In this document: piece by piece, positions 36,376 to 49,307 of the stretch
Numbering within the stretch: position 1 is the stretch's first letter
Layout: each line of letters opens with the position of its first letter
The notes under the pieces: model-generated
Told to the model about the DNA's origin: nothing
The model's database searches: none
What the model saw: the letters and a program-made list of their open reading frames with translations, nothing else
NCBI GenBank assembly: GCA_017499595.2
Contig: CM039010.1
Span: 62,001-126,000 of the forward strand
Direction of reading: 5' to 3'
Length of the DNA: 64,000 bases
DNA from: Psilocybe cubensis
Taxonomy: Eukaryota
Made by a program: the position numbers and the translations under genes

Positions 36376-37413
36376 ATGCCATCCATCGTCGACCTCAACC
36401 TTCCAAAATTATTAGTGCGCAAAAAAGCAGCAGAGTGCTCAGAAGATTCATCCAGTAAAGAGCTGTTGCTCGAATCAGAACAGCGGGATGCTGAACGTGA
36501 TGAATCAAAACCCTTTTTCCAGGATACACATTCATCGGCTTCCTTGCTCAACACATTCTGTGTGCTGGTCTGTATTGCCTGTGCAACACTCAGCTGGTAC
36601 AACTCCTTCTCCCACCCCCTTTCCGTCCAGAATGCACCTTTTCCTACCGATAATTATCGAACGGTGCACAGGAGCAAGTACAACAGCCTGCGTCGTCCCT
36701 CGCCCTTCATAGGATTTGACTATCTTCCGAGATCTAAGCCTGCTAAACCTCGACGTCTAGTCAACTTTCCAGTTTCAATATCCCTTGTCAATGCTTCTAA
36801 CGTCGACCAAGTATTCAGCGACGACCCAGGGTCAGAATGGACAGAGACTGGACTCATTTCGCGGGAGGACAGAACCGTAATGATTAGCCCCTCTGTAAGC
36901 ACCTTCCATGTCGGTTCCATGGACCAAATTACTTACATAATTCGATTGAAGGTTAGTACGATCGTCCAGTTTAGGGCGGTAGACTACGGCATGGAGCGTT
37001 GTATACTCACCATTCGGATGTCATCCGCGACTACGGATGTCCTCGATGTCCCTAGGGGTGTTTCAATCCATCGGTTAGATGCATCTCATGGCCCTCTTGA
37101 TTTGAAAAAATTGTCGTATTCCAACCGTCCCACTCGAATCTCTACCATGGGCGCCTTGCAAGTATCTCCCGGTACTCTCTCGGACTGGCAAACGGAGTTC
37201 CATTGTATGTGGGATACTCTACACATTTTCGAGTTTGGGTACACGGGCCAAGCGATTGATGAATATCGTGACAATAGTACCTTTACCATCCAATGGTCGC
37301 AGAATAAGGAGGAGGAAGATCCTGATACTGGTACGTCATCTACGATGTATTCATATTGTTCTTGTACCGATATCCTACTAGCAATATTTTTGGTGCAACG
37401 GGAATCGATTTGA
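36376..37413 (+). CDS. Type II membrane protein with a But2-C-like luminal domain (two probable introns)
   Basis: One TM helix LLNTFCVLVCIACATLSW, LRRPSPFIGFD, VSTIVQFRAVDYGMERCILTI; in-frame GT..AG intron about 36895-36951 and another near 37331-37382; family label recalled, not searched. Confidence 0.6.
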   Translation: MPSIVDLNLPKLLVRKKAAECSEDSSSKELLLESEQRDAERDESKPFFQDTHSSASLLNTFCVLVCIACATLSWYNSFSHPLSVQNAPFPTDNYRTVHRSKYNSLRRPSPFIGFDYLPRSKPAKPRRLVNFPVSISLVNASNVDQVFSDDPGSEWTETGLISREDRTVMISPSVSTFHVGSMDQITYIIRLKVSTIVQFRAVDYGMERCILTIRMSSATTDVLDVPRGVSIHRLDASHGPLDLKKLSYSNRPTRISTMGALQVSPGTLSDWQTEFHCMWDTLHIFEFGYTGQAIDEYRDNSTFTIQWSQNKEEEDPDTGTSSTMYSYCSCTDILLAIFLVQRESI

Positions 37414-38454
37414 CTAGAATCCAATCTCTTCGACATAATGAAAATTAGACATGGAAGAAACAGTAAATACAATATCCTAACTGATGCCTCTGTTAAAGGC
37501 AACTACAATTTTTCTGCAAGTGAAGCACGGTAAGGAACCTCAATGAGTCAAATCGCTTCTCAAACCAGTCACTGTCAAGTAGCCTACCGTAGGTCGAAAT
37601 CCTTGACGTCTTATAGCCCCAAGACCAGAAATCTCAGACCCTTGTAAAATGTCACCCTGAAATTGAAAACATATTTTAGATTCAACGCAATAAACGGTCA
37701 ACCAACCTTCACAGTGGCAGTCTATTCTTCTACTTGTTAGATCTAGATGGCGACATCATCACTTTTTCAACAATACTGAACACGAGACCATGCTTCCTGA
37801 GACTATGTATAACATTAGAGGCACATTGGAGGGTGCTGATAGTTCGTGAGACGGAAATGATAAGCGCGAACAGAGTCAAGGAAAAGTTCGAAGTAGTCAC
37901 ATGCCCCTTGCACGGAGATGGCGGGTATGTGAATGACTTTGGGCGCATGGGCGAATCATATTCGAACTGTTCGGTGTATTGATAATCTGCCTGCTTCCGC
38001 ACAACTCTGCCTACCTGGGGAACTGCACTCACCAAAGATGTATGTGCTACAATACTCACGCAAATCGGCCATATAGAAATACGGTATAATGTACCTTACA
38101 GTCCTCATAGATGTAGACCCTACATGCCTGCTAACCATGAACCGTACATTCCATCTTCCTAAAACAGTCATCAAGACCTAAATATCTTGCTCACGGCAAA
38201 CATAATTTATCACTCAAATGTCCGCACCTACCGCATTTCCAATTTAATCTGCTGAAACATTCTATGATAAGCTTGTTGATCCACTCCCGGGCTGCTGTAT
38301 GGCATGGAATGGGCCTCATTACATGTGGGCTCAATAAATGTTGTCATAGTTTGATATCAAGCAAGACAACACTGCCATGGTCTCGGAAGGTTAAAATTTC
38401 TGGGCACAGCCGAAATTGCTGAGGACAACCCTAGATGTTACGTGCACCCGAAGT

Positions 38455-39990
38455 CAGGTCAGGGACTCGAACTGTGGTGAGCTCGAGAATTTGGTGAGGG
38501 ACTCACAATGTTTCGTGCACCAGAATATGTGTGAGAGACACGAAATGTGTCGCGCAGTGGAATTTGTGAGAGGACGCTGTGAGGGATGCCCCTGAGTTTG
38601 TGTGAGGGAATCGAAATGTGGTGAGTGCCAGAATTTGTGTGAAGGACTCACAATGTTTTGTGCACCGGGATTTGTGTGAGGGACGCGAAATGTGGGGAGT
38701 TCCAGAATCTGTATGAGGGACTCGAAATGTGTCACGCAGCGGAATTTGTATGAGGGACTCGAAAAGAGCGGAGTGCCAGAATTTGTGCGAGGGACTCGAA
38801 ATGTGGTGAGCGCCAGAATTTGTGTGAGGGATGCACCTGAGTTAGTGTGAGAGCTGTGAAATGTGGTGAGCGCCAGAATGTGTGTGAAGGACTCACAATG
38901 TTTCGTGCACCGGAATTTGTGTGAGAGCCGCGAAATGTGGTGAGCGCGAGAATTTGGTGAGGGACTCACAATGTTTCGTGCACCAGAATATGTGTGAGAG
39001 ACACGAAATGTGTTGTGCAGTGGAATTTGTGAGGGGACGCTGTGAGGGATGCCCCTGAGTTTGTGTGAGGGAATTGAAATGTGGTGAGTGCCAGAATTTG
39101 TGTGAAGGACTCACAATGTTTCGTGCACCGGGATTTGTGTGAGGGACGCGAAATGTGGGGAGTTCCAGAATCTGTATGAGGGACTCGAAATGTGTCACGC
39201 AGCGGAATTTGTATGAGGGACTCGAAAAGAGCGGAGTGCCAGAATTTGTGCGAGGGACTCGAAATGTGGTGAGCGCCAGAATTTGTGTGAGGGATGCACC
39301 TGAGTTAGTGTGAGAGCTGTGAAATGTGGTGAGCGCCAGAATGTGTGTGAAGGACTCACAATGTTTCGTGCACCGGAATTTGTGTGAGAGCCGCGAAATG
39401 TGGTGAGCGCGAGAATTTGGTGAGGGACTCACAATGTTTCGTGCACCAGAATATGTGTGAGAGACACGAAATGTGTTGTGCAGTGGAATTTGTGAGGGGA
39501 CGCTGTGAGGGATGCCCCTGAGTTTGTGTGAGGGAATTGAAATGTGGTGAGTGCCAGAATTTGTGTGAAGGACTCACAATGTTTCGTGCACCGGGATTTG
39601 TGTGAGGGACGTGAAATGTGGGGAGTTCCAGAGTCTGTGTGAGGGGACTCGAAATGTGTCACGCAGCGGAATTTGTATGAGGGACTCGAAAAGAGCGGAG
39701 TGCCAGAATTTGTGCAAGGGACTCGAAATGTGGTGAGCACCAGAATTTGTGTGAGGGATGCACCTGAGTTAGTGTGAGAGCTGTGAAATGTGGTGAGCGC
39801 CAGAATGTGTGTGAAGGACTCACAATGTTTCGTGCACCGGAATTTGTGTGAGAGCCGCGAAATGTGGTGAGCGCGAGAATTTGGTGAGGGACTCACAATC
39901 TTTCGTGCGCCAGGATTTGGTGTTGGAGTCACAATTCTTCGTACACCGGAATTTGTGTGAGAGACACGAAATGTGTCCCGTAGCGGAATA
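38455..39990. repeat. Complex satellite: about 35-bp variant units arranged in an about 463-bp higher-order repeat, about 3.3 copies
   Basis: Unit resembles GAGGGACTCGAAATGTGGTGAGCGCCAGAATTTGTGT; landmark TGGTGAGC.CGAGAATTTGG at about 38475, 38938, 39401, 39865. Confidence 0.93.
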
Positions 39991-40592
39991 TGTCCAACAA
40001 TTACTGGATTTTTCAACTATTACAGGTAACAATTTCACGTGTCCCTCCATGCATGGTAAGCTAATTCCTACATTTCGTCGTCGGCATCGTATCCTTCGTC
40101 GAAGGAGTCCTCAAATTCTCCATATTGCGCGACGCGGTAGGCTGTCAATGGCCTGGAACCGTGGTGGTGAGGCGGTACGAATGTCCCGGATAGTGAAACA
40201 AAATGCCGCGTTACCGGCTGGCATTTGCCGATGGACTTCATCAAATTCAGATGAAATACAGAAATGAAGAGAGAACGGTCGTGTGGCTAAACTCAGGCAT
40301 ATGCCAGAAATCTCTCCTAACCTCGAAAATGTGGCATACACCATATAACTTGGTTAACCACAGAATGTGGCATGAGACAATATTTGAGTGTCCAGCTAAA
40401 CTCCTGCATATGGCATAATATACAATACAGATTATAAATGTTGCGTGTACCACATTATCGTCAACACATAAAATTTTGCATGTGGCAAAAAGCCAGTATC
40501 TTATTGTCGTCTACTTGGTCTATACAGTACAAGTTTACTTCGAATGCCAATAAATTTCCTCACTACAAATTTCAACTCTATATAAAAGCTAA

Positions 40593-43330
40593 TTACTGGG
40601 ACATAGCGCTCGACTCTCCAGCCTGACCTTGCTTTGTTGCTGCCTCAGCCGCCTCCCGTCTCATCCTTTCCAGCTCTGCTTCTCTCTGCGGAAAAATTAT
40701 CCTCATTTCAATTCCCGTCTTCTCTTCCCACTTCTTCGCAAGCCTGGTGATACTCAAATCCAACAATCTCACCTCTCGTTCAAACTTGCGAATGTCTCTG
40801 GGTCGGTTAGGGTCGTAGATGTCGTCCGCTGTGAGCAAAGACTGTTCTTTGAATACTTTGATCAGGAAGGATCGATGCCGCGGCTCAAAGACATCCCCTT
40901 TCATGGGTTCCTCTAACCCCTGTAGCGATGGAAGTGGCGATGAAATGGTTAGAGTCTTCCAAAAGTAAAACTCCAGCAAGACATCGTCAATCAAGCATCC
41001 GCATGACATATAACCTGTTTCCCTCAGGGGCGTTGCTGCATCCTCGACTCGGTATCGATATACGGGTTTCTTAGGGACTCCCCGAACTCTGTAAAGGCCT
41101 GGTCCGTTGTCGAAAAATTTGGTTTTCGGGTACCTTTTATGGAAACGGCAGATGAGATTACCATGCGAGGTCATGTGAATGGCGATAGCCACGCGTCTTG
41201 ATTCGAAGCACTTCTCAGGAAGTAGAGATTGGACATGACGAAGTGATCGACGATATTTTGGACGGAAATCCTGCAAGTTTCCTGTCTTCTCAAAGCGGGC
41301 AATAGAGCGCACAATATCATCTACAATGCAGTAAATCAGTCAAAGAAAAATCTAATCAACAAGAGAGGCAGCTTACCACAATATTCAACCCGCTGAATTG
41401 GTGTCATAGCTGCCCAATTGGCCTCCTCCTTCATATCTTCCTCACAATCCCACTCATCGACCCTAAACTCTCGAAGGCCCGTCGCATTTGCCTCCTCCTC
41501 CTCCTTCAGCTCATCGCTGTAAACAACCTCCAGCATGAGACGCTGAGCCTTGGTCCTCTTCCTGCCAATAGTGGGATCGAATTTGGTGCTCGATTTGCGC
41601 TTTGAGGACTTGCTACCCTCCCCATCACCTTCAAATGACCCCTCAGACAACGACGATTCATCATCATCCCCAGACCCGTTTTCTGTGGTGTTAGCCCTGC
41701 TAAATGCCTTGTCGCCGCCGGAAGATTTCGTAATTCTAGCCTGTCTAGAAGCCTTGGCAAACTTTGACCGAATGGTTGTTCCCTTTGAAGCTTTCTTGGA
41801 CTTGGAGGATGCCAGTTGCTGAAGCTCTAGCTTGACGGCATCGATCTCTGCCATGAGAAGATTTCTCTTCCGCTGATACTCAGGAAGATCTGCCACTGTC
41901 AGCCTCGAGAACTCCGCCTCGCCCTCATCTCGCTGCTTGTCGAGGATCTCTTTCCTCTTGAGGAGATGTTTGCGTCGTTCGTTGGCAGTAAAGGATCGTT
42001 CTCCTTCAGCAATAATGTTTTGTATTTCGCTGACTCTTTTCTCAACAGCGTAAATAGCAGCATAGCCCGAGTCAATCTCTCTCAGCTTCAAACGTATCTC
42101 GTCCATTGTGCGCTGTGCTGGCGCACACAGTTCTTCTTCTAGTGTGTGAATCTTCTGTAAGAGACCTGAACTCTCTGCGGTGCACTGGTCTAACTCCTTC
42201 TGAAGGTTTGGAGGAATGGGGAACATGGTTGACCCACCCACAATCTGGATTCCAAATGAGTCCATGTTCGTCACAATACAGTCCTGTAAAACTCACATTC
42301 AAAATTGGTGCTTCTCCATTTGAACCCAACGCTTCTCGCCTCCCGGAATCAATTTGAATTGGACGTGCGTCGCCGGATATGAGATCCTGGTGAGGTGGCG
42401 TTGCTGCATTAACAACTCCAGCCGGGAATCCAGATATCTCGATAGTCATCTCATGGCGAATAGACGTGTCGGCTGACTGGGACGGTAGCGAGAGCGCTTT
42501 CAAAACCGGATCGATGTTGGCATCATCAACGGTGGACTACGTGATTGGTGAGTAAAATATTTAGTTCATTCATTGTCCATGGAAAATATAACACCGTAAT
42601 GACTGACCTTGATAGCAGATTCCGTCACTGGGCCTTTGTACACCACACTGTTGGTAGGCGCACAAGGTTCGTCATCCTAAAGCAAATCAGCAGTTAGTGA
42701 GTGGCCTAATGCATATTAACATAGCGATTACCGACCTTTCTGGGAGGGCCGGTCACTGGCTCTTTCTCCGCTGGCATAGTTTCCTCGACTTGATTTTCAT
42801 CGATCTGAATGAGAAAATTTGTCGCATTAGTAGCATATCCACAAGTACAATAATGACTTACAATTGTACGATCCCATGTCTTAGGTTGTAAAATAGTAGC
42901 TGGGGCTCCCGTAGTTTGTTCCACAGGCGCAAGAGGAACCTTGGAGATAGTGGATGCAACTATAGCAGCTAAATAACTGGTCGCTGAGCTGGTTGACTAA
43001 GGGCAATAAATGAGGCAATAAGGAACACTTTTTCATACAAAAACTAGCATACCATGAAGCCTGCGGTTGTTTCCAGATTTGAAACGCTGTCGAGAGTCTC
43101 TTGATTGATCTCTTTACTTTTGCGATCTTGATATAGACAACAAGGTTAGTTGATTCATTGGTGAATTATACATAGTGGGACCTACCTTTGAGAAGAGCGG
43201 TCAATGATTCTTTGGCGTCCTTGAACTCCTTATGAATGTCCTCCCAATTTGCAGGGCGATTCTCCCTGCGTTTCTTGTGAATGCGATGCCAGGCGGCAGT
43301 CGCTGTCTCCAGCCTAATATTGGCAGCTGC
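40593..43330 (-). CDS. Transposon cargo gene, multi-exon, coiled-coil and charged regions plus a C-terminal CGC-motif domain; function unknown, 5' end uncertain
   Basis: ORFs 42072-42503, 41336-42274 and 40593-41312 linked by GT..AG introns (e.g. about 42295-42246 and 41376-41330); TGYMSCGCLIDDVLLEFYFWKT. Confidence 0.55.
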
Positions 43331-44464
43331 GATAGCTAAAAATAACAGTTAAGTAGGCCAATCCGTACAGCGAAACAATTCAAAAACACACCAAGGTCCC
43401 CCTCCATAAATTCTGGCTGCACGACGTAAAGAAAATTCTGGCTGCGCGACGTAAAGATTGATGCTAGCGGAAGTTCGCAAAGTTTCTGAAGCAATTCGGA
43501 ATGTGAAATTCTTACCTTCTATCGCTGGACTACTTCGGATGGTCTCGACTCCAAGACAATGTTGAGCGATGCATCGGATGCCATGCATTTTGCAAACCTT
43601 CATCGGACCTCAAGGCGTATGGACATCTGTGCCCGCTTTGGTTCCCATCAGAAGATCCACAAATTATCCCCGTTTGGACGACCGAATGGGTCATCATTGC
43701 TGAACCACAGGAACTTAAAGGATACATCGTTGGCGGCGTCAGCCAGGAGCACTCTTTCCCTTACAACTTCGCTTTCTTGAATTCCCCAACCCTTGACTTA
43801 TGTCTCAGCTTGCGAAAAACAGTACGTGGGAGGCATGATAGCTGGCAAATTAACTGACTTATTCATCTGTTCTGATCCAGGGTGTACATGTTTCTCGCTC
43901 GCTGCGATGGAAAAACAACTTTCTGTCTTGAACTCAGGTAAGCTCACTACATGCTTCAAAAGATCTATATACTGACGGTGTTGTAGATTGCACCTGTCAT
44001 GTTGCTGGAACAACATGCTTACGTCCCGGACACTTTCTCCCCCCCGAGGTGGAACGCTGGTACAGTGTGGTAGTTGGTCGCCGCCCTGGCCCAGTTCAAG
44101 GACGGTACGTACATACTCATTGTGTCTATCCAGTTATGCTTATAAAACATTGTTCTTAGGGCTGCCGCACTTGATAATTACACCGGAATCTCTGGTGGTC
44201 ATGCACTGTTTTGCCCATCGGAATTGATTGCTAAAGCCCATTTCTATTCGGCGTTGGAGCGTGGGGAGGTGGTAGAGGTTGTTCCCCCGGTTCGTACCGT
44301 GCTAAATCGTGAAGATGTATCCACCTGTACTGGATTTCGTCCTGAAGATCCATGTACGTGCAATCTGCTGCTCTCCACCGCTTCAATGACTGATTTTGTG
44401 GCATAGCAACTCCTGAGGTTGGAACATGGACCCTAGTCATTGTTGGTCGGGAGCCAGGCATCTT

Positions 44465-45700
44465 TTCTTCGACGTAGTAAGTTGAAATCAAACCTTTATC
44501 TCAAACAGAACCTTACCTATTGTTTAGTCGCCCCCAAGGCAGCATTGTGCATCTCAACATCCAAGGGATTCGTGGTTCCCAAACCAAAGCCCTCCCAACT
44601 AGGACCGACGCCGTTAACAAGTTTCTACAGCTTGTGGATGCTGGTGAGGTGGTTAGGGTCTCCGGTGACAGCAATTTGCGCATTGCGCATACACCTGAGA
44701 CGTATCTCGAGCTTTGTAGATACTGCCAGAACATGTAAATTGGTCGCTACTTCATACTGAATCAAGTCAATCACATTGGTGTCTACACTGTATCCATGAG
44801 TGTGTGATATACTACTTGTAGATGACCTCGTTTTGCTACAATCTCGCGAACCTGAAGAAATATTTCAAACCATTCGGGCTCACTGGGAGGTGTCTCTTGC
44901 AGAAGATTGCAATTCAGCTCGTCTGCCTCTTGTAGGAAACCTTGAAGCTGTCGGCATCGCTCTTCCAATCTACTGCCTTTAAATCGTCGAGGGTATTTCC
45001 ACCCTGAGTGAATGGTCCATCGTTGTTTCAGGGCCTTGGAGAAATCTTCGTATTCTTGAATACCTTTCTCGAAAGCCTCCTCGGCCTTCTTTGCTCGATC
45101 CAGACGCTCCAATTTCATCAGCTTTTCATGCATCAAGTCGTCGAACTCTTGTGATGCATAATATTCCTGGGATGTATAATACCCCTCAGGCCTTGGCTGG
45201 TCGGGGTTTTCTTCACAGTGGTCAGGACCAGATGTAAATCACGATTGAATATAAAGTACGGCTCACCAAGTTCAGTTTGTGTGGATTGATCCACAGATAC
45301 TGCCGTAGCAGTATACATAGCTATTCAATATATATATATATGCTGCCCCAAACTTGATAGTTGAGACTTACTGGCACTGTCCCGTTGAGGTTGTTCTACC
45401 CTAGACTCTGAAATAATAACGTCCTCGCTATCAACCTCCAGGGTGTTTGCTATTTCGGCCTCTTCTTGCCTCAGTAATTTCCTGTGCTCACTTAGTTAGA
45501 TTTTATGTTCTATACGGCTGATTAGAAGCTCTGACTCTTGCTGCCTGCGAAGACGATTTCGGACCGCATTCTTTGCATTGATTTTCTGCCGATTTCTAAG
45601 GGTAAAGCAATCAATAAAGGTCAGAGAACCAAAGCAATTGAGAGACCTACTTCTGCAAATATCTCTGCTGTTTGGTCAACCCATCCGGACCAACTCGGCA
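44465..45700 (-). pseudogene. Cargo gene remnant, helical protein with in-frame stops; boundaries approximate
   Basis: ORF 44783-45136 continues after a probable intron as YEVATNLHVLAVSTKLEIRL..HKL*KLVNGVGPSWEGFGLG (TAG at 44625-44627). Confidence 0.4.
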
Positions 45701-46789
45701 GGAGCTGGCTGATCCTTCCATGAGAGAAGCAGGAAGATTGTGTAAGTAAGGGTGAGGTCAAGTGGCAGGGTGTGATTTATGGCCAGGTTGCGAATTATTC
45801 TAATTAGGCGCTCGCTTGCAATACAGCAAATTGACGCCAGTTTGATTTCAAGCCGTGGCCTTGTCGCTTTGCACGGGCTATATCCCTGGATAATTCTCAT
45901 TTTATGATATAGGTAAACATAAAAAGGAATTGGTACATTTCATATGTATTACATTGGCACAGACAACAAAAATACTGTACAAACTGGTAGCAGGTATGCG
46001 ACCTTACAGCATGTATGCGACCTCACAGAACAAGTTCTTAGTATACGACCTGGTTTGTGACTATCAAACAGGACAAATTCTTAGTATGCGACCCGGTTTG
46101 TGACTATCGAATGATGTACTTACCTGAAGCACAAGTTGGTGGTCACATTCATCATGTATACGACCGGCCCTGGTGGACACGTATTTGCCGCCTATATTGG
46201 AACGTGACGCACAGACCATGTCTGACATAACCTGACGGCTTGAACACCGCGTGATGGGCTGGACCCTTCTAGACCCGTACCAAGGCCAGGCTATTTCCGA
46301 CAATGCCAGTGATTGTTCCCGGGATTGTGGCACAATTGGTTAACTTTGTCAAAAAATAGCACTCAGGTGTATCAATGCACACCACTAAGATTGTACCATA
46401 CAAACGTCTACTAGCTTGAGATAGCCTTTCAGTCAGAGTAGAGGGAATACCAGGCCACCTTGAAGCTGAGTTTCAGCTTGCCAAGCTGCTCATTAAGGCT
46501 GATTAACTGGCTTCTTCTCGCTTATGAATTCGGGTGTTTGGCCCATATGCCCGCAGGAATGCAACATGTCTTCGGGTGCATTGCAATTAGAGTTTTTCCG
46601 CAGCATGGCCGCCGACACACGCTTTGACATCATAGAAAGCTCCTTATAGTCATTGTGGGACCACCTTTTATTGATGTCAGTTCCAAAGGTGATATCTGTG
46701 GTTATAGTATACTTCATAGCTTTGAGACTAATTCCAAACCCAGTGCGCTGGTAGGGTCAAGTCTATGTATTTGTTAAGCGCCCCGCCAT

Positions 46790-47576
46790 GAGGTTTTGTG
46801 GGCTTATTGCCTTAGTGTGAGTGCCCAGCTTGTGTCATATGAGTGCAAATTGCAAATAGATGAATGTGCCGACTCATCATGCATGATTGTGACTGCACTG
46901 GGATGGCCATGTGGGACCTGGTGGCTAGGACAAGAAGGTACCGAGCAATCATTGACACAGGATATTCCAAACAACATAAAAAGGGACATCTGGGGGAGCC
47001 CAAGGAACGACAGTGCAGCATATTACTCCCCAGCTACCCAAGAAATTTGAATCACAGCCTTTCGCATGGAACTCTGCGCTAATCCTGACTGTCGAAGGGA
47101 CGAATGCGTTCAACGTTCAACCATCAATATCCACGTATTCTCATCAGTAAGTAATGAATGCTCTGTCCGTTCCTATCAATATCCATTAATGAACTGTTCA
47201 GCTTACACCTCGCCTACCATTTATGTGGTACATCCGAGCAAAAAATGGCCACTTTGTATATGGAGATGATTCTCATCTCTGTCATTTGACCCGGGCGTCC
47301 GAGGTTCCACTTCTTCGGGCTGTCAGACTGGGAGCCAAGAGGTTTGATTGGAAAGAATTCGATGCATTTGCACCGATTGAGCCGGAGGATTTTGACCATT
47401 ACATGATCTTCAAATGTGCCGACGTCCCCGACTCCAGTTGCTATATGATCGAACATTTTCTCCGTAGACTGCACAACAATCTCGATGACGGGCCTGATCC
47501 CGAGGAGGAGGGGGACGAGGACGAGGATGAGACCGATGATGAAAACAGGGATGATTCGCTGATTGATTCTGATTAA
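46790..47576 (+). pseudogene. Cargo gene with Cys-rich segments and acidic tail, interrupted by TGA at 47048-47050
   Basis: QEI*ITAFRMELCANPDCRRDEC, GTAAGT..CAG intron, then LTPRLPFMWYIRAKNG...DPEEEGDEDEDETDDE. Confidence 0.45.
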
Positions 47577-47613
47577 TGGTATATGGCTATGAAATAGTGT
47601 ACGACTGGCTATG

Positions 47614-48810
47614 TTAAAGAAGGCCGTGGATACGCTGATAACGCTTCAACTGTTTATCTAACTCTTTCTGAGTCTGAGCCGCTTTCTCCAATGATTGCGC
47701 CATTTGCTGTGCGTCAAGACGAGATTGATCAAGTTGGCGTTGGAGGTCCGCATTTTCCTGAGTGCGGGCCTGAATCAAATTACGAGTGATACTGGAAAAC
47801 TGAGTCCCAATATTTCCTACCTGCTCTGCAGCATCTCGACGAAGGCGTGGTGAGGCATAACTGATGGCGGGAGATCGAGCTGTCGAGTGCTGGGCACCGA
47901 TAAAAAGCCAACACGAAGTTTGTCTAGACAAGTCCTCGCACTAAAAACAATCAGTTTAGAATGTTTTTACAGCAGTTTAAAAAACCCAACCTTCTCGACA
48001 ATCGAGTTGATTGTACTCGTAAACCTCCGTACAGCCCGAGTATTGTCGGCAATAGGTGAAGGTAGCGCATGGCCGCGCACAATTTCTGGAGCCAAAGATC
48101 GGATTTCAGAGACAACCAGTGTGATTTTTAAGAATGACCAGACCACTCACGATAGATTTCCGATCCACGGTAAGCTCCTTCAACAAAGCCGTTGTATGGG
48201 TCTCTGGCACTGGTGCGGCGCGCTTGACGAGAAGATGAGGCGGACGCTGATGAGAGGCTCGCACTGGTGGTACTTCCCGTGCGAGCAGATAGTTGGGCAA
48301 GATGCGATGAGGTGAGCACACCCATGTTGCCAGAACGTGCTGATGCGGGGGTGGGAGTGGCAACGACACTGTGTGATGCGGGTGTGCTCGCGGATGCAAA
48401 GATGTCAGGAGTGGAAGGGCCTGCATTGTTGAATGCCAGTGAGGTAGAGGGGCCAGGCCCGACATTGCTGTTGGAACTGTCTGAGCTGGACTCATTGTCC
48501 GAATCATCCTCAAGTTCCTGCGACGCCATAAGCAAATAATAGGACAGTATCTAAAGAAAAACTCACATTTAATGCAGCTTGACGCGCCAGATACTCCTTT
48601 CCGCGCTTGGTATGCTCGCATTGGGCTCGAAGAGGCCTCCCAGGACACTTCTGGCACTTCTGGGCCTGACGTTGGGGCTCAATAGGTGTTGACGTCTATA
48701 CCCAGCGAGCACTGTATTCAGAGCAGTGGCAGAGCATGCATCTAGGAGATGAACATACTGTCTTCCGTTTGGAGGCACGAGGTGGTGTTCTAGAGGCTGC
48801 AGCGGCATTG
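47614..48810 (-). pseudogene. Cargo gene: Ser-rich region, Cys cluster and C-terminal coiled coil; appears disrupted
   Basis: ORFs 48569-48808, 48128-48535 and 47614-47931 on the same strand with splice-like boundaries and intervening stops. Confidence 0.4.
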
Positions 48811-49307
48811 GAAAATTGTTTCTGTCATATCTGTTAGCATGAACATTATAGACAGTCAGTAGAAACTACCTTTCTCTTGGTAATGAGACTAGACTCTTTG
48901 CGACCCATTGTATGAGAAGGAAGGAGAGTGGGGAACACACCGTAGAATTTCGGAATGGAACAACCTTAAATAATACGCCAAAATGATCTTATGGAAGGAT
49001 TTTCTGCCCCATGTCTAACCTTGTACTCTGCCGGATTTGTTGATCTGCTAAAAAAACTTCAGATGATATCGTCTTTCTGACCAGGAAGTGAAAATGAGGT
49101 CACAAACATACTTTCAAGCGCTGGCCAAGCATATAAAATAGCTCACACGCAACATCTTAGGGGCTGGATAACCATATGAAAATGGTTCACAGGCAACATT
49201 GTAAGTGCTGGACAAGGATATCAAAACTGCGCTCACAGCCATAATTTAAGTGTGCTGTAGGTCGCACACGCTATACCCGCCGGCACTCACTGTCTCTTCC
49301 AAGTAAC

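Noticed and set aside
37730-38174. Short minus-strand ORFs with a possible intron
   Set aside because: They straddle the transposon TIR and show no recognisable motif
38454-40050. Repetitive His/Thr-rich ORFs as a repeat-type RiPP precursor
   Set aside because: They are translations of the satellite with shifting frames, no signal peptide and no regular KR sites
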